Source: Lophium mytilinum
Lineage: Eukaryota
Assembly: GCA_010093605.1 (NCBI GenBank)
Contig: MU004185.1
Span: 2,191,334 to 2,255,333 of the forward strand
Direction: 5' to 3'
DNA: 64,000 bases
Positions 33,948 to 46,800 of the stretch are shown here, piece by piece; the first letter of the stretch is position 1; every line of letters starts with the position of its first letter. A program made the position numbers and the translations under genes. Below the pieces are notes generated by a model. That model had not been told where the DNA came from. It was given only the letters and a program-made list of their open reading frames with translations, and made no database searches.

Positions 33948-34836
33948 TCACCAGAACCTCATCAAACAGCTGATCTGGTGATAATCGATCAGCTCAGGAT
34001 ACGTCTCGAAGGCAGCTCTGACAATGTGGCCAATTTTGACGCCGCCTGGACTAAGTATCATCTGTTTACGTGTCAAAAGGTGACTCGTGTCGCTCTTGAA
34101 TACTGCGTGATATTCGACACGAGAAGCTCCATTCTCGTCCGGAACAAAGACAGCTACGTCCGAAACAAAGACACGCACGTGGCTGTCGGCATCGAATCCT
34201 GCTCCGCACAGAAGCACGACAGTGTCAACCGGAGGGTCGGTCAAGAACATGTTGGTCCAGGACTGATCCAGCTGCAGACAATGCGGAGGAAAGAAGTTGA
34301 TCCGATGGCTGTAACGAGGTCGTCTTGCCGAGCCTTTGGGCCTCAACATCATCTCGACGCCACATTTGAATCCTCCGCCTCGGTTGTCGGTGATGGTGGG
34401 ATTGTTTTTTAGAGACACGGATGGGAGCTTCGCGTCATAGATGATAATGCCATCGTTGTGAATGCCATCGTCGTGTGTTGTGGGCTCCCAATCTTGGAAA
34501 CTGGTGATAGCCTCACAGACATCGAGTACTCCGGACACGGGTAGTGCCATCCACAAGGCTCGCTGTATGGGGATAGACTCTGCAATGACGTCCTTCCAAA
34601 AGCGGCACACACGTTGGTAGTGGATGATGTCTGGAATGGGCAGTTCTAGGAGCATCTGCTCAAGGAGTTCGACGATGGTCAGGCAACGTGACGATGCAAG
34701 ATCAATTAGGGGCGTGGTGTCGTATGGCTGCTTCAAAGGCGAAGTCTCCGGCTGGGATGCAGCTGCTTTGAAACGTTAGCAAGACACTACGCAGGAAGTA
34801 GAAATAAGAACCTTCAGAAGGAGAGTGGGGCGCCAT
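33948..34836 (-). CDS. F-box protein, paralog 1 of a tandem trio
   Basis: 25-nt first exon ATGGCGCCCCACTCTCCTTCTGAAG, then CLTIVELLEQMLLELPIPDIIHYQRVCRFWKDVI; shared motifs SWTNMFLTDPP and GVKIGHIVRA. Confidence 0.75.
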
Positions 34837-35716
34837 GACCCCAGTCCTTGATATTGTGGTTTGTCGATGAAGAAGAGAAGGTGTAAGTTGCGAGCGGGTG
34901 GTAGGTTTAAGAGAGGTGAAGCAGAGACTCAAGCACTAGGCCACACGGATACACCACTACTTGAGTGACACTTCGAAAGCTGGACACTCACACCACTGTC
35001 AGGAGCACACCTGTGGCTCCGTAGCCGACCAGTCAAAAGGTAACTCAGGAAACGCTACATCATTAAAGTCTTCCACCACAAGCTCGTACACCCATCTGTC
35101 GATGCTAGAGGGACCCCAATAAGTTGTTCAAGAAGTCTCTATGACGTCGAGTCCGACGCCGTGGCTATCATGCCATCACTTAACTCAAGAGTCGTAGAGA
35201 AGTTGGGCTGCCTCTGACAGTGGTATTGAGTGAGCAAGAGATGGACGTAGGCAGTACAGTATCGTGAACATGAGCTCATCAACATCTCTGACACTTTCGT
35301 CTGGAAGCGTCCGGCAGTGATCAAGCCCCACACTGAACTGACATCGACGAATCGGACAAGTAGTGAAGGAAGGAGTCCGTCTCCAAACATCCTGCAATGC
35401 TGGAACCTCTCAATGACACTGCCGACGACAAACCGATCAAGCCGCAAAGGGAGGAACTCCATCCGCCTACTGATCTATGCCTAGGGATAAGGTAGATCGC
35501 ATTCGTCCTCTCATAACCGACTACTAACGGCATTTTGTAGCCACGATGCTCGCCCTTCCCGGCGCTCAGGTCCTGCCTTTAGGTCTTCTATACCTGCTTC
35601 TTCTTTCATTATACCAATGTGACCGTCTCAACATGTCATTCCATCAATCTCACCATATTGGACTCTACTGTCTACCAAGATGTGTCTTGCTTCGTTCGCC
35701 TGCCCTACCGCAGCAT

Positions 35717-35779
35717 GCTATACTACGCCAGAACCGGCTATACTACGCCAGAACCGGCTATACTACGCCAGAACCGGCT
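35717..35779. repeat. Perfect 20-bp minisatellite, 3 copies
   Basis: (GCTATACTACGCCAGAACCG)x3. Confidence 0.95.
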
Positions 35780-37091
35780 CATCTCTTCCCTCGCTCTCAC
35801 TCCCTGACCGTTCGTCCCCCCTTTCCTCAACTCCACTCCTTATGTTCCACTCATACAACACGAGAGAATGCCTGGAAGAGATTACCTATCAAGATGGGGG
35901 GAGCGAGTTATCCAGCCAAATCAAACAGCAACGGCTTCGCTGATAGGATCTAGGACGGTACAATATAGCTACTCGAGACCAGCTGCTGTTAGATATTGCA
36001 ATCTGTTTCTTTACTCAAGCACACGAGTGGAATCCGACGATCTACTACCAATTAAGCACGAAATGCGTTACAGGTACTTGAGCATGTTGAGTAGTACGTA
36101 GGTCTCGACATTGGGAGAACGAGATTGCGGCGAGGACGTGAGAACTCGAGGGTCGCCGACCGCCGCCTACTGAAGGTGGCTACACAACCTTCACCCGCTC
36201 CTGTCCTACCTAAGGTAAGACTTAATCTGCATTCTGCGCTGGTAATATACCTCCTAGTTCCTTACTACCTCCACAAATCAATAATACCCTACTAGGACAC
36301 TACTCTCAAGTCGAAAATTGCCCCTAGAAGAATTTTTTCCCGTCTTTAGGTCCAGCCCCAACACGATCTCAAGATGACGGAGCCCCGTTAGTGGCTGACG
36401 CGGTAGCAGGTGAGGATGCCGCAAATGGGGAGTTGTTTTAGTGCACTCCTCAGTAGCTCTGCGATATAGAGAGCGCGATGAGGTGGGCCCGTGTTGGTTG
36501 GTGCTGAGGGGAATGAAACCGCAGCGTCCTGAGATAGCGAAGGGGCATTGGCGCGAGTGCCAGGCCAGTAATCTGACCTTGCGCCGCTGGACTACAGAAT
36601 ATTGTTGCGAGGACAATAGAGTGATGTTGCTGGTGCTGTGGCAAAGACCTAGTAGAACGAGATCCTAAAATCTGCGGAGCGCGTGTGAATTTCGTGGCTG
36701 TAGTGGCGCAACGATGCATCGGAGACTGTGGGGTACGTGCGATTATGAGGAAGAGATTGAGTCAAGGATTAAGGTGAGCATTTGTGGAAGGTGTTTTCGG
36801 CAATGGGATGGTATCACGCGACTCTCTCACAAGTAACGAGTGGTTTTGAAGGACTTGATTAAAGTGGAAAGGCAGAAGCCTACTGATATTGAAAGAAGTA
36901 GAGTTTCACAAACCGGTGTCCAGATGCTTTTGACCAGCGAGATACCTTGTTAAGTCACCCCAAGCAATGGAATGTAGGCTTCTGAGTGTCGTGTAAAACC
37001 GCCGCCACGAGTGAAAGCTCCCTCTCTCAGAACCTCTTTAGTGTTAGAGAAGCATTCATCGACCAAAAGCTCTCTCTACGGGCCCTACCCC

Positions 37092-37977
37092 TCACGGAAA
37101 AAATCCGACACATTCGATACCATCTGGATGTCCAGGGCCCCCGATATTCACGTCCTCGATGGCCTTGACGACGTCTCCGATTGTGACGCCAGCTGGACTG
37201 TAGAAGTTGATGTGAAATTCCGTTAGCTCGCCAAGAGAACTGTATCCCGGCACTTTCAATATGAGACGTGAAAACGGGGGATACATAAGGAACATCTTCA
37301 TCCAGGACTCCTTTGGCTGTTGGCATCTTGCGGGATAGAAACAGAGTGCGAATTCGCAGGAGCGGTGGCGAAAACTCCGTAAGGCAAGGATTTCGATACC
37401 CAACATGCCTATCTTCCTAGTGATTCCGACAACCCGAAACTCTATCGATCTCATTGAAGAAGTAATCTGCACCGTGGAGCCGGGTGCTTGCATGTCGCGA
37501 GCTTTGTCTCTATTCACCAGAGGATTGATCTTGAGATAGACTGGATGTTCAGGCTGATTGTACAACATGCCAGGGATCTTCGTATCGAAATTGTCGGCGT
37601 CTGATTCTTGGTCCCAGATCATAGCCGTACCGGGGTAGGCCATGGGATTCTTCTTGAAATACTCAGTCTCATGATGCCGAACATCGACCGGTCCAGATGC
37701 CGGTGGCTCCATCAAAATTGCACGCTGAAGGTGAAGAGAGCAGGCCACCACATCCCTCCACTGGCGACACACCATTTGACAAGAGACAATGTCGAGTATT
37801 GGCAGCGCAAGGAGGACATTCTCGAGCAACTCGACGGTGGAAAGGCATTGCGAGGCAGCAGTAGGCTGTGAGGGCGGCGGGACTTCAGATCCGACGTCAT
37901 TCTCTGAGAGAAGAGATTAGCAAGGCAAGACGCAAGGAGCGAAGCTACGTACCTTCAGAGGGCGAGAGTGGCGCCAT
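37092..37977 (-). CDS. F-box protein, paralog 2
   Basis: First exon ATGGCGCCACTCTCGCCCTCTGAAG|GTACGT; CLSTVELLENVLLALPILDIVSCQMVCRQWRDVV; LKINP, SWMKMFLMYPP, GVTIGDVVKA. Confidence 0.78.
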
Positions 37978-38496
37978 CTTTACCACCTTCGTTGATGTTG
38001 ACGTAGATGTGGTGGTGTTGTGAAGCTGCAGGTGAGGTCGAGAGTAAGGTGAAGCCGGAACTGCAATTTCTCCGACTGCCACGTGTGAGACTCCCAAAAC
38101 GATGACACTGTTCTGACGCTGCTAGGAGTGTCTTGGCACTTTTTCAGAGACCTGGAAGATACCGAACGAGGGTAGTTTCACGAGTCGGATACCTAGCGGG
38201 GCCGCCTCAGACGGCCGTAGATGGGTGCACAGAAATGTCATGACAATCGGATTTTTGAAGTCTAGAAAGAAGAACACAGCCGGAATAATGAGTCACGCAG
38301 AACAAAGAGACATCGCAGATAGAAGATTTTGAGTAGAGAGTTTCATTACCAAGTGCCAATTGCATTTACGCACCCCGCTAGTTTCCATCCTACCAAGCTC
38401 GGAAACTGTCCACAATGAGGCACTTCCAGCTCGCTCAGATTCTTGAAATCATGTCGAAGCACCCCGGACAGTGACAAAGAATTGTACCTAGGCGGC

Positions 38497-39382
38497 TTAC
38501 GCATGTGCGTCGAATCTCATCTCGAACAAGATATCTTCTGCATCCCAATCGAAGTATTTCTTATGAACCTGGATCGCTCGAACGATGTCCCCAGTCCTGA
38601 TGCCGTGAGCCCTGCTGATTGGTATGCGAAATTCCCCGCCACTGGAAACCTTCGCTTTCACAATGATATCCGAGCACGGCGGGTCGGTGAGGAACATGCT
38701 CATCCATGACTGCTGGATGTTCTCACATCGTGGAGGACTGAAGTGAAGCTTGATGATGTTAGAAAACCATCTATAAGGAAAGTCCTCCTTAGTGCTGTCG
38801 ACTTCGATGCCTACGTTGCGATTGATCATGCCTATGCGTTTTGATCGTATTGTACGATAGGGTCTCTCGTTCGCCACATACTTGTAGTGTCGAGTAATCG
38901 TGCCGTCAGTTATTTCTTCGGTAATATTCCTATTGACCAGAGGATTGACACGCAGAAACATCGCTGGTTCAGGAAGAGCGTGGAAAGGGTGCTTCTTTGG
39001 TTGAACGAGGCTGCATGATTCGATACCAATGAACACGATCCCGTCCTGAAAAGCCCTGATTTTACCGTTCTCGAAGGTGTATCGCGTAGGGTCAAATGGT
39101 TCAGACACAGACGGGGACGACATCCAGAGCACGCGCTGTAAGCTGGATGTGGAGTCGATGACATCGCTCCACTGGCGGCACACACTCTTGCATCGAATGA
39201 TATCGACCATAGGCAGCCCAAGGAAGACTTGTGCGAGGAGCTCCACGATGGAGAGACAGTGCAAAGTTTCGTTGGTGTCTTGCGCCTCAGCCAGTGGGCT
39301 GTGAGCCGCTGAGGGGAGATGTTAATTGAGCTAGACACGATGGAGAGGGCTACGTACCTGCGGAGGGCGAGTGCGGCGCCAT
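38497..39382 (-). CDS. F-box protein, paralog 3
   Basis: First exon ATGGCGCCGCACTCGCCCTCCGCAG|GTACGT; CLSIVELLAQVFLGLPMVDIIRCKSVCRQWSDVI; LRVNP, SWMSMFLTDPP, GIRTGDIVRA. Confidence 0.78.
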
Positions 39383-40149
39383 CTTCGTCAGTCGTTGATG
39401 TTGAAGCTGTGGTGGCGTTGCGGAGGTTGTAAGGTGGAAGGTTTATGTGTACATAAAAGCTGGTCGACGTGCCATGTGCCAATGACGCAACCAGGAATGT
39501 CGAACAAGCGAGGTGAAGTATACTATGTGATATGAATTGAGATGAAAGGGAAATAGAACTCTCTTTTTGGGGCTGTATGGAGATACTTACGGAGACGAAA
39601 TCCTTCCCTGAAAGCACGATCTCTGTAGAAACACTCACCACTGCCATATCACGCGACTCACCTCACCGAAAGGGCACACACTGTCCTCATTCAAGCACCC
39701 TGTTGATTTCACAGCAGTTATATACAAGAATCGTACCTCACCATCTTCCCCACCAGTCCAATCCAGCCTGGCCTGATGCCCCTCGTCAGACCCCACGTGA
39801 CTAGGAAGAAACAAGAGCAGAGAGAGACCCACATCTTATACGCCTCGCCTGCTAAAAGCACATCTCGCTGTGTGTAATCATCCAGGCATGCCATCGTATG
39901 AAGGGGAGACCAGAACCTTCCCGTTTCTAAACCTCGTGTGAACCCCATGTCACTCGAACATCGATCCGATCAAAGTAATGGAGAAAAGAGCCCTCGAGAA
40001 GGACATCTAGCATAAACATAGCCGTTGTTGTAGCAATTTTGCGGCCCCGCTAGGTATAATGCGCGCCATGAGCCCGGGGTGTGGTAGCTGAGTGGGTTTG
40101 GGAGTTGGTGGGGCGCCTTGAGGGAGGATGAGAGGAGGAGAGGGCCACA

Positions 40150-40717
40150 TCAGTGTTGCAGTGGAGGTTGGTAGTTTATGGGTCGTCTGGGATACTATCA
40201 GTGTCTTGGGTTCGTATTCGCGGCGGGCATCCGGAGGAGGATAGGATTGAGGGGTATGGAAGAATTGGGATGTAAACGTACTTGAACAATAATATGTGAG
40301 GCTCCGGTTCATGGACCTCATAGTGCTCCCAGCCTAGACTCTGTTCAATTGAGTCAGATATATTATATCCTACGTGGCGGGGTGGTGATATGTATGTACC
40401 TGGGTGATGCCTAGGGCTCTCCATTCCTCCTCCCACAGCAGCTTCAGCGTCCCCCGCTGGCCATCGAAGTAGTCCTTGGGTATCGCCTTGAGCATCTGCT
40501 TGGGTAGCTGGACGTGTCGGTACTCGTATTCAGGGTCGGAATATCTGGGCGCGTTCCCGTTAGCAGTGCTCGTTCACATGCTGTGTCACCAACCGCCAAC
40601 GTACCGTGCAGAGTAGTGGATGGCCTCGATAAACTCGTCCAGCTTCTCTTTCTCCGCCTCCGACAGTGGTCGTGGCTTCTTGTTGCGCCGTGTGAAGTCT
40701 ATGTCCATCGATGTCAT
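40150..40717 (-). CDS. CKS1: Cyclin-dependent kinase regulatory subunit Cks1/Suc1
   Basis: Four exons: ...[21 protein letters not shown]...[45 protein letters not shown]. Start is 40717 or 40708. Confidence 0.95.
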
Positions 40718-41552
40718 GTCTGTAGCTGTGTGGTGCGAGCTCGTGTGCTCCGCTTCGCGCCGTGTGTTTTGGCCTTGTTGATGGAGGGGCAACTTTTGCC
40801 CGGGAGGCGGCAGCACGATTCCGCAGTGAAAGTGCGGGGCTAGCACTGCGGAGAGCAGGAGTGAAATAGCTGGGGGGGTAAAAAGGCTACGCGCGAAAAG
40901 GCGTTTGGGTTTGGAGGCAGTGGAGTCAAGAGCGTGTAGACGATCACGAACTGTTGACTGTCAAATGTTATGCGGTCTTTCTGCGGCTACACCGTTTTAG
41001 TATTTGCGGAGAACCAGCCAATCAGCGCCATTCACCGGTCCACTGCTCGCGAGACCCTTCCAGCCACTTCTAAGACAGGTTTCTTCGCCGCTTTTGGAAT
41101 CAAGGACTGATCGGTAATAGCGAGGGGGATTTCTTTGTTTTGCTCAAGACCGTGGCGCTTTCTCTCGCTACATGGGATGGTAGCTAGACTTGAACGGAAA
41201 CATTTCCGTAGAAATGGAGGACGAAGACGAGAGTGAGACTTTCATGAGCAGAATTACAAGTTACAGTTTGCAAGCGCGAGATATCCTCTGTTGATCCAAT
41301 CTGTTCACATGCACGAACCATGAAGTATTGCCATAAACTTCAAATGCACTAACAATTTGGGAGCTCCACTATAGGTACGCGTGAACTACTTTTACACCCC
41401 GCCCGAACGCCATGCCCATGTGGTATCATGTTATACTAGCCATCTCGAATTCCGCCATGACTTACAATTTCCTGAAAACTAAGCCCTACCCCAGCGTACC
41501 CAACGATTCACAATTTACAATCTCATTTCCACCTTCCACCATGCTGGCAATT

Positions 41553-43438
41553 TTAAGCACCGTTGTGCTCACCATCCGCACCATTCGTGGTACCGTAGTT
41601 CTTCTTCGCACGGCCAGTGATATCCTGCCATGTAGCGTTAAAGCGGCGACCAGTGCTGGCCAGAAGTCCCTCCTCTTCTTCTTCCTCGAGATCGGCGTCG
41701 AGCTGCTCGGTGTCGAGATGCGGGGTGCGGAAGAGTGTTGTGATGAATACAATAAGGTAGATACCTGTGCACAATTAGACATTGATCTGGAGCAAACGAA
41801 GGGAATGCCATACCAAGGAACGCGAACTGCGCCCAGAAGTTTATAACCCCAAAGACCGGGAAGTTAATTGTCACGCGGTTGATAAATGTGCTGACCACGC
41901 TGGGTGTGCACACATCCTTGGCGACTGGGTTGTCGGCGAGCTCGGTGCAGTGCTTGATGGCGTTGCGGTGATTGGAGCAGTCGGGCTGCTCGCCCGGATG
42001 ACGGGAGGCGCGGTCGCAGTAAGTTTGGGGGCCAAATGTTGCGTATTGAGGTGCGACCATCATGACGACAGAGTAGTTGATTGCGAGAACAATGAGGGTG
42101 AGCATGACGGTAGCCATGAGGAGCGCCTGCGGGGAAGTGTGCCCCTTGCGAATCTTGAAGAGGACAATCCAGAGGAATCTGATTCCAACGGTGGCAATCC
42201 CGACAACCGAAGCGGAGAAGAAGAAGAGCACGAGGAGGAGGAACAGTATGTAGTCAATTGGGAAGACTTTGGAAGACTTAACGAAGATCCAGTTGATGGG
42301 CTGAAAGATGTTGATGTGGCCGAGGATGTAGCCGCAACCGACTTTGCAGACAGAGTTCTTGGCCTTGTCAATTCCGGTGATAAGCATACTAGCGAAAATG
42401 AACAAAGCAACGATCATAAGTAGAAGGCCGCCGATAAGCTTGAGGGGACGGAACACGGCTTCGATTTTGATCCAGCTCTTAACAAGCCAGTTGCGGTCCT
42501 CTCCGCTGGACTCAACGGCAAGGCGTTCCCGTCGGATGAGCGTACGTTCTTCACGGACTAGAGATTCGAGTTCGCGTCTATCCCTTGCGTCTAGGCCATC
42601 TTCGCGGCCTTCATTCCGGCCTTCAAGCTGGCGCTGCCGTTCGCGGTTCTGCTCGAGTTGAGAAGCAGTGTTTGCCGCAAGCGAGGGCGTGGAGATTGAA
42701 GGGGCTGATTTGATGAGAGCAACGGGAAGTAGAGCAAGGCCTGCGGCAGTGTAGATTACGTAGATGATGGTTCCAATAGTAATGAGCAGTCCGAGGGCAA
42801 AAGTAAGAGCTCGTTCTCCATCTAGAGATATGTCAGTCCCGTCCACCTGCGAGAGCTAGGGTTCTCAACAGCAACTCACGGTTCTGGTCGAGAAGATGCT
42901 TGAAGAAGTCCAGATCGAGGTGTTTGTCCTGCTTGGCCTTCTTCGCGAAGGGTACGAAGAAGCCCACGAGGAACAGAATGACAACCAACACAATGAAGGC
43001 AATGGTATACTTGAAAGCACCCCAAAGCCTGCTGCCAACAGTCTGCGTTCCATCGGCAGTGGCGTCTTCATCGTATTCTTCGTACCAAAAGTAGGTAAAG
43101 GGCACAACGAGTAAACAGAGAAGGGCATCTAGCGAGTATAGAGTGTAGTAAACGATCTGCAAGGTATACACGATGTTCTCGACGCGGTCTGGAGTGGCCC
43201 AGTCTTTCTTGCGGCCGTCTCTCGATGACGATGTAGATGAAACGAGGGCAATGTCAACAGGCGTCAACAGCACCGTAGCCAGCAGAGCGCTCGTTGTGAA
43301 GATGCATACGGTAGTGACCGAGGCGGCGCGGTCCCGCGGGGTTTGGTAGAGGTAGACGAAGATGGCGGCAATAGCGAGGAGGATGACTATGGCGACGGCG
43401 TAGGTGACCCAGATCAAGCTGGTCTGTATGAGTGCCAT
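41553..43438 (-). CDS. LMBR1-domain membrane protein (probable lysosomal/vacuolar cobalamin transporter, LMBD1-like)
   Basis: Three exons from ORFs 42833..43549, 41638..42846 and 41553..41774: [49 protein letters not shown]. Confidence 0.85.
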
Positions 43439-43815
43439 CTTGAGGGCTGATGCTGTTGTGTTGTTGTCAGGAGCCAGACCGTGAAGCTTCAGGTGAAGAA
43501 GTCCGGACGACGTACCGAAGCAATTCGCAGTAGATGGATGGAGGGGCACTCTCTTGTCTTTTCAAAGTCAAGGCAGAAGCACTTGAGGAGGAAGTTGGCC
43601 GGAGCTAGAGCCGCGGGATGGATGCATCCTTCAAGCTGTTTGATGACGACGGTGGTCCGTGAGCCCGGGCCCACTTATTCGCTTGGCGATCGCGGACGGG
43701 AGCTCGCGTTTGCTGGAAAGCCTCAACACCACGACAGCTATCACCAACACAACCCCCCCATTGACTGCCCCACGAAGCATGCCCGGGTGCTATCCCGCGC
43801 CTCCAACCACACCCA

Positions 43816-46800
43816 ATGCAGTGCTACACTGAGCTCACTCCTCCCACCGCTGTGACCCACGCAGTCTCTCTCCCCTTCCTTTCCTCGAAATCGAACAACC
43901 TCGTAGTCGCCAAAGCTTCACTCCTTCAAATCTTTGAGCTCAGATCTACCATCACCGAGGTAGCATCAGCCTCCAAAGACGATGCAGCAAAAGTAGATCC
44001 CGATGCTGAAGATTTGGCTATACTGCGGACAGAGCACACCTCGAAGCTGGTGCTGGTGGGAGAGTATCCTTTGTCGGGGACGGTCATCTCTTTGGCGCGC
44101 GTGAAGACACTCGACACAAAATCAGGCGGGGAAGCGCTATTACTCGCATTTCGAGACGCCAAACTCAGCTTGGTGGAATGGGATCCAGAATATCACAATT
44201 TGAATACAATCTCAATACATTACTACGAAGGTCATGACCTCGGCGCAGCTCCCTGGTCGCCTGAACTTGAAGATTGTTGCAACTACTTGAGTGCCGATCC
44301 CAGCAGCAGGTGTGCCGCGCTGAAGTTTGGTGTCCGAAATCTCGCCATTCTGCCATTCCGCCAGGTTGGAGATGATCTCGTAGGGGAGGACTATGATCCG
44401 GACCTGGACAGCCCGATTGACAGACCGTTAGCAGTAACAAAAACTACGAATGGTGATGGTGAGCACGCCAAGAACCAGACCCCGTACGCCTCGTCTTTTG
44501 TGCTTCCCTTGACTGCACTGGACCCGTCGTTAACCAACCCGGTCCACCTGGCCTTTTTGCACGAATACCGCGAGCCTACCTTCGGCATCATATCGTCATC
44601 CAGAGCGCCAGCGGGATCTCTTCTGGCCGAACGAAAAGATATTCTCAATTACACCGTTTTCACCCTCGACTTAGAGCAAAAGGCATCCACAACTCTGCTC
44701 ACCGTGCCAGGAATTCCATACGACGTGTCACGAGTGGTGCCATTACCACTGCCGGTCGGTGGAGCCCTTCTTATGGGCGGCAATGAGATCATTCACGTAG
44801 ATCAGGCCGGAAAAACCAATGCGGTCGGCGTCAACGAATTTGCGAGAGCTTGCACTTCCTTTTCTATGGCTGATCAGTCTGATCTGGCTCTCAGACTCGA
44901 AGGCTGCACGGTAGAACAGCTCTCCCCGGACTCTGGCGACGTGCTCATTGTGCTCAACAATGGAGACCTCGTCGTTCTCACTTTCACTTTGGACGGCCGT
45001 TCAGTATCTGGGATGACATTACGGCTGGTTGACGAGGAGCGCGGTGGCAAATTGATCCCTTGCGCAGCATCGTGTGCAACGAACCTCGGCCGTGGCAGGA
45101 TGTTCATCGGCAGTGAAGATGGAGATTCAGTTCTTCTAGGCTGGGCCAGCAAAACAGCTCAGCTCGCGAGAAAGCGATCGCACGCAGATATGCTTGCCGA
45201 TGACGGCGACTCATCTTTTGATGAAGCTGATCTGGATGATCTTGACGATGACCTGTACGACAACAGTAATAGTCCCACCAAACAATCAGTAGTATCACCG
45301 ACCGGGACGAGCGCACCTGGGGCGTATACCTTCAGGATACATGATACTATGATAAGTCTCGCGCCCATGAAAGATATCACATATCCTGTAAAGGGAGGCT
45401 CAGACACAACAGCATCGCAGGCCGCCTCCTCAGAACTCGTTGCTTCTACTGGCAGGGGTAGGGCGGGCGCCGTTAGCCTCCTGAAACGTGAAGTCGAACC
45501 CAAAACCCTAAAGCAAACTTCCATGTCATCAGCTCGTGGGCTGTGGGCCGTTTCTGCAAGGAAACCAATACCGAAGGGCATGATCACTTCTGGAGCTCAA
45601 GATTCGGAGGCCAACATTGCCGCCGATGCCGAATATGACCAGTATTTGGTAGTGTGTAAAGCCAACGGAAGTGGCAGAGAAGATACCTTCACGTACAAAG
45701 TCAACGGGACGACTCTCGAAGAGATTACAACTGGAGACTTCGACAGAGAGGAAGCCTCGACATCAGAGGTCGGAGTCATGGCGAAAGGCACTAAGATTGT
45801 CCAGATTCTTGGAAGCGAAGTCCGGATACTCGACTCGGAACTCGCCCTAAGCCAGATCATTCCAATGGAGGATGAAGAGACAGGTGCGGAATTACGAATC
45901 ATCAACACCAGTTTCGCGGACCCTTATATGCTGGTATTGCGGGATGATTCCAGCGTCAAAGTATTTAAAGCAGACGAAGAAGGGGAGGTTGAGGAGATTG
46001 AAAGTACTCTGTTTTCATCAACGAAATGGCTTTCAGGGTGTTTATACACTTCTCCATCCGTTGGTGGCCAAACCTTGGCATTTTTGCTGACAGCAGAAGG
46101 TGGACTCAAAGTACGTTTCGGTCTTAATCAACACATTTGCTAGATTCCACTGCTAACCAAAGCTCAGATATTCGATGTGGGCGATTTAGAAAAGCCAAGC
46201 TACGTTGCAGAGGGCCTTGGGTTTCTTCCTCCTACTTTGACTGCAGAGTACGCACCTCGGAGGTCGACCGCGAAAGCTACACTCACGGAAATACTCGTTG
46301 CGGATCTAGGCGACGCAACTTGCAAATCACCCCACCTATTTGTATATACTCCCAATTGATTGACAAAACTGATGGAAGCTGACAACAAACGCAGGTCCGA
46401 ACTGCCAGCGACGATCTGAATATATACCAACCCTATCACTATCCCTCGAACCAAACTTCCGCGCCCTTCACATCGAATCTTCGGTGGCAAAAGATGCCTC
46501 AAATGCACCTCCCAGCATACTCGGAGGAGTCCAGCCTAGACTCGGAAGATGCTGGCAGTAACAGCACTTTGAAAGTACTGGATAATGTTGGTGGGTACAG
46601 CACCGTGTTCCAGCGCGGTGCATCGCCGTGCTTCATATTCAAGGAAGCTTCAAGTACTCCGAAAGTTATAGGCCTCCGAGGCAAAGCGGTAAAGGGTCTC
46701 ACACGATTTAACACCGCAGCTTGTGAGCTGGGCTTTGCATATGTAGATGCGGATGTGAGGCACCTCGGCTCGTTAGTATTTGTCTGATACTAATTTCATT

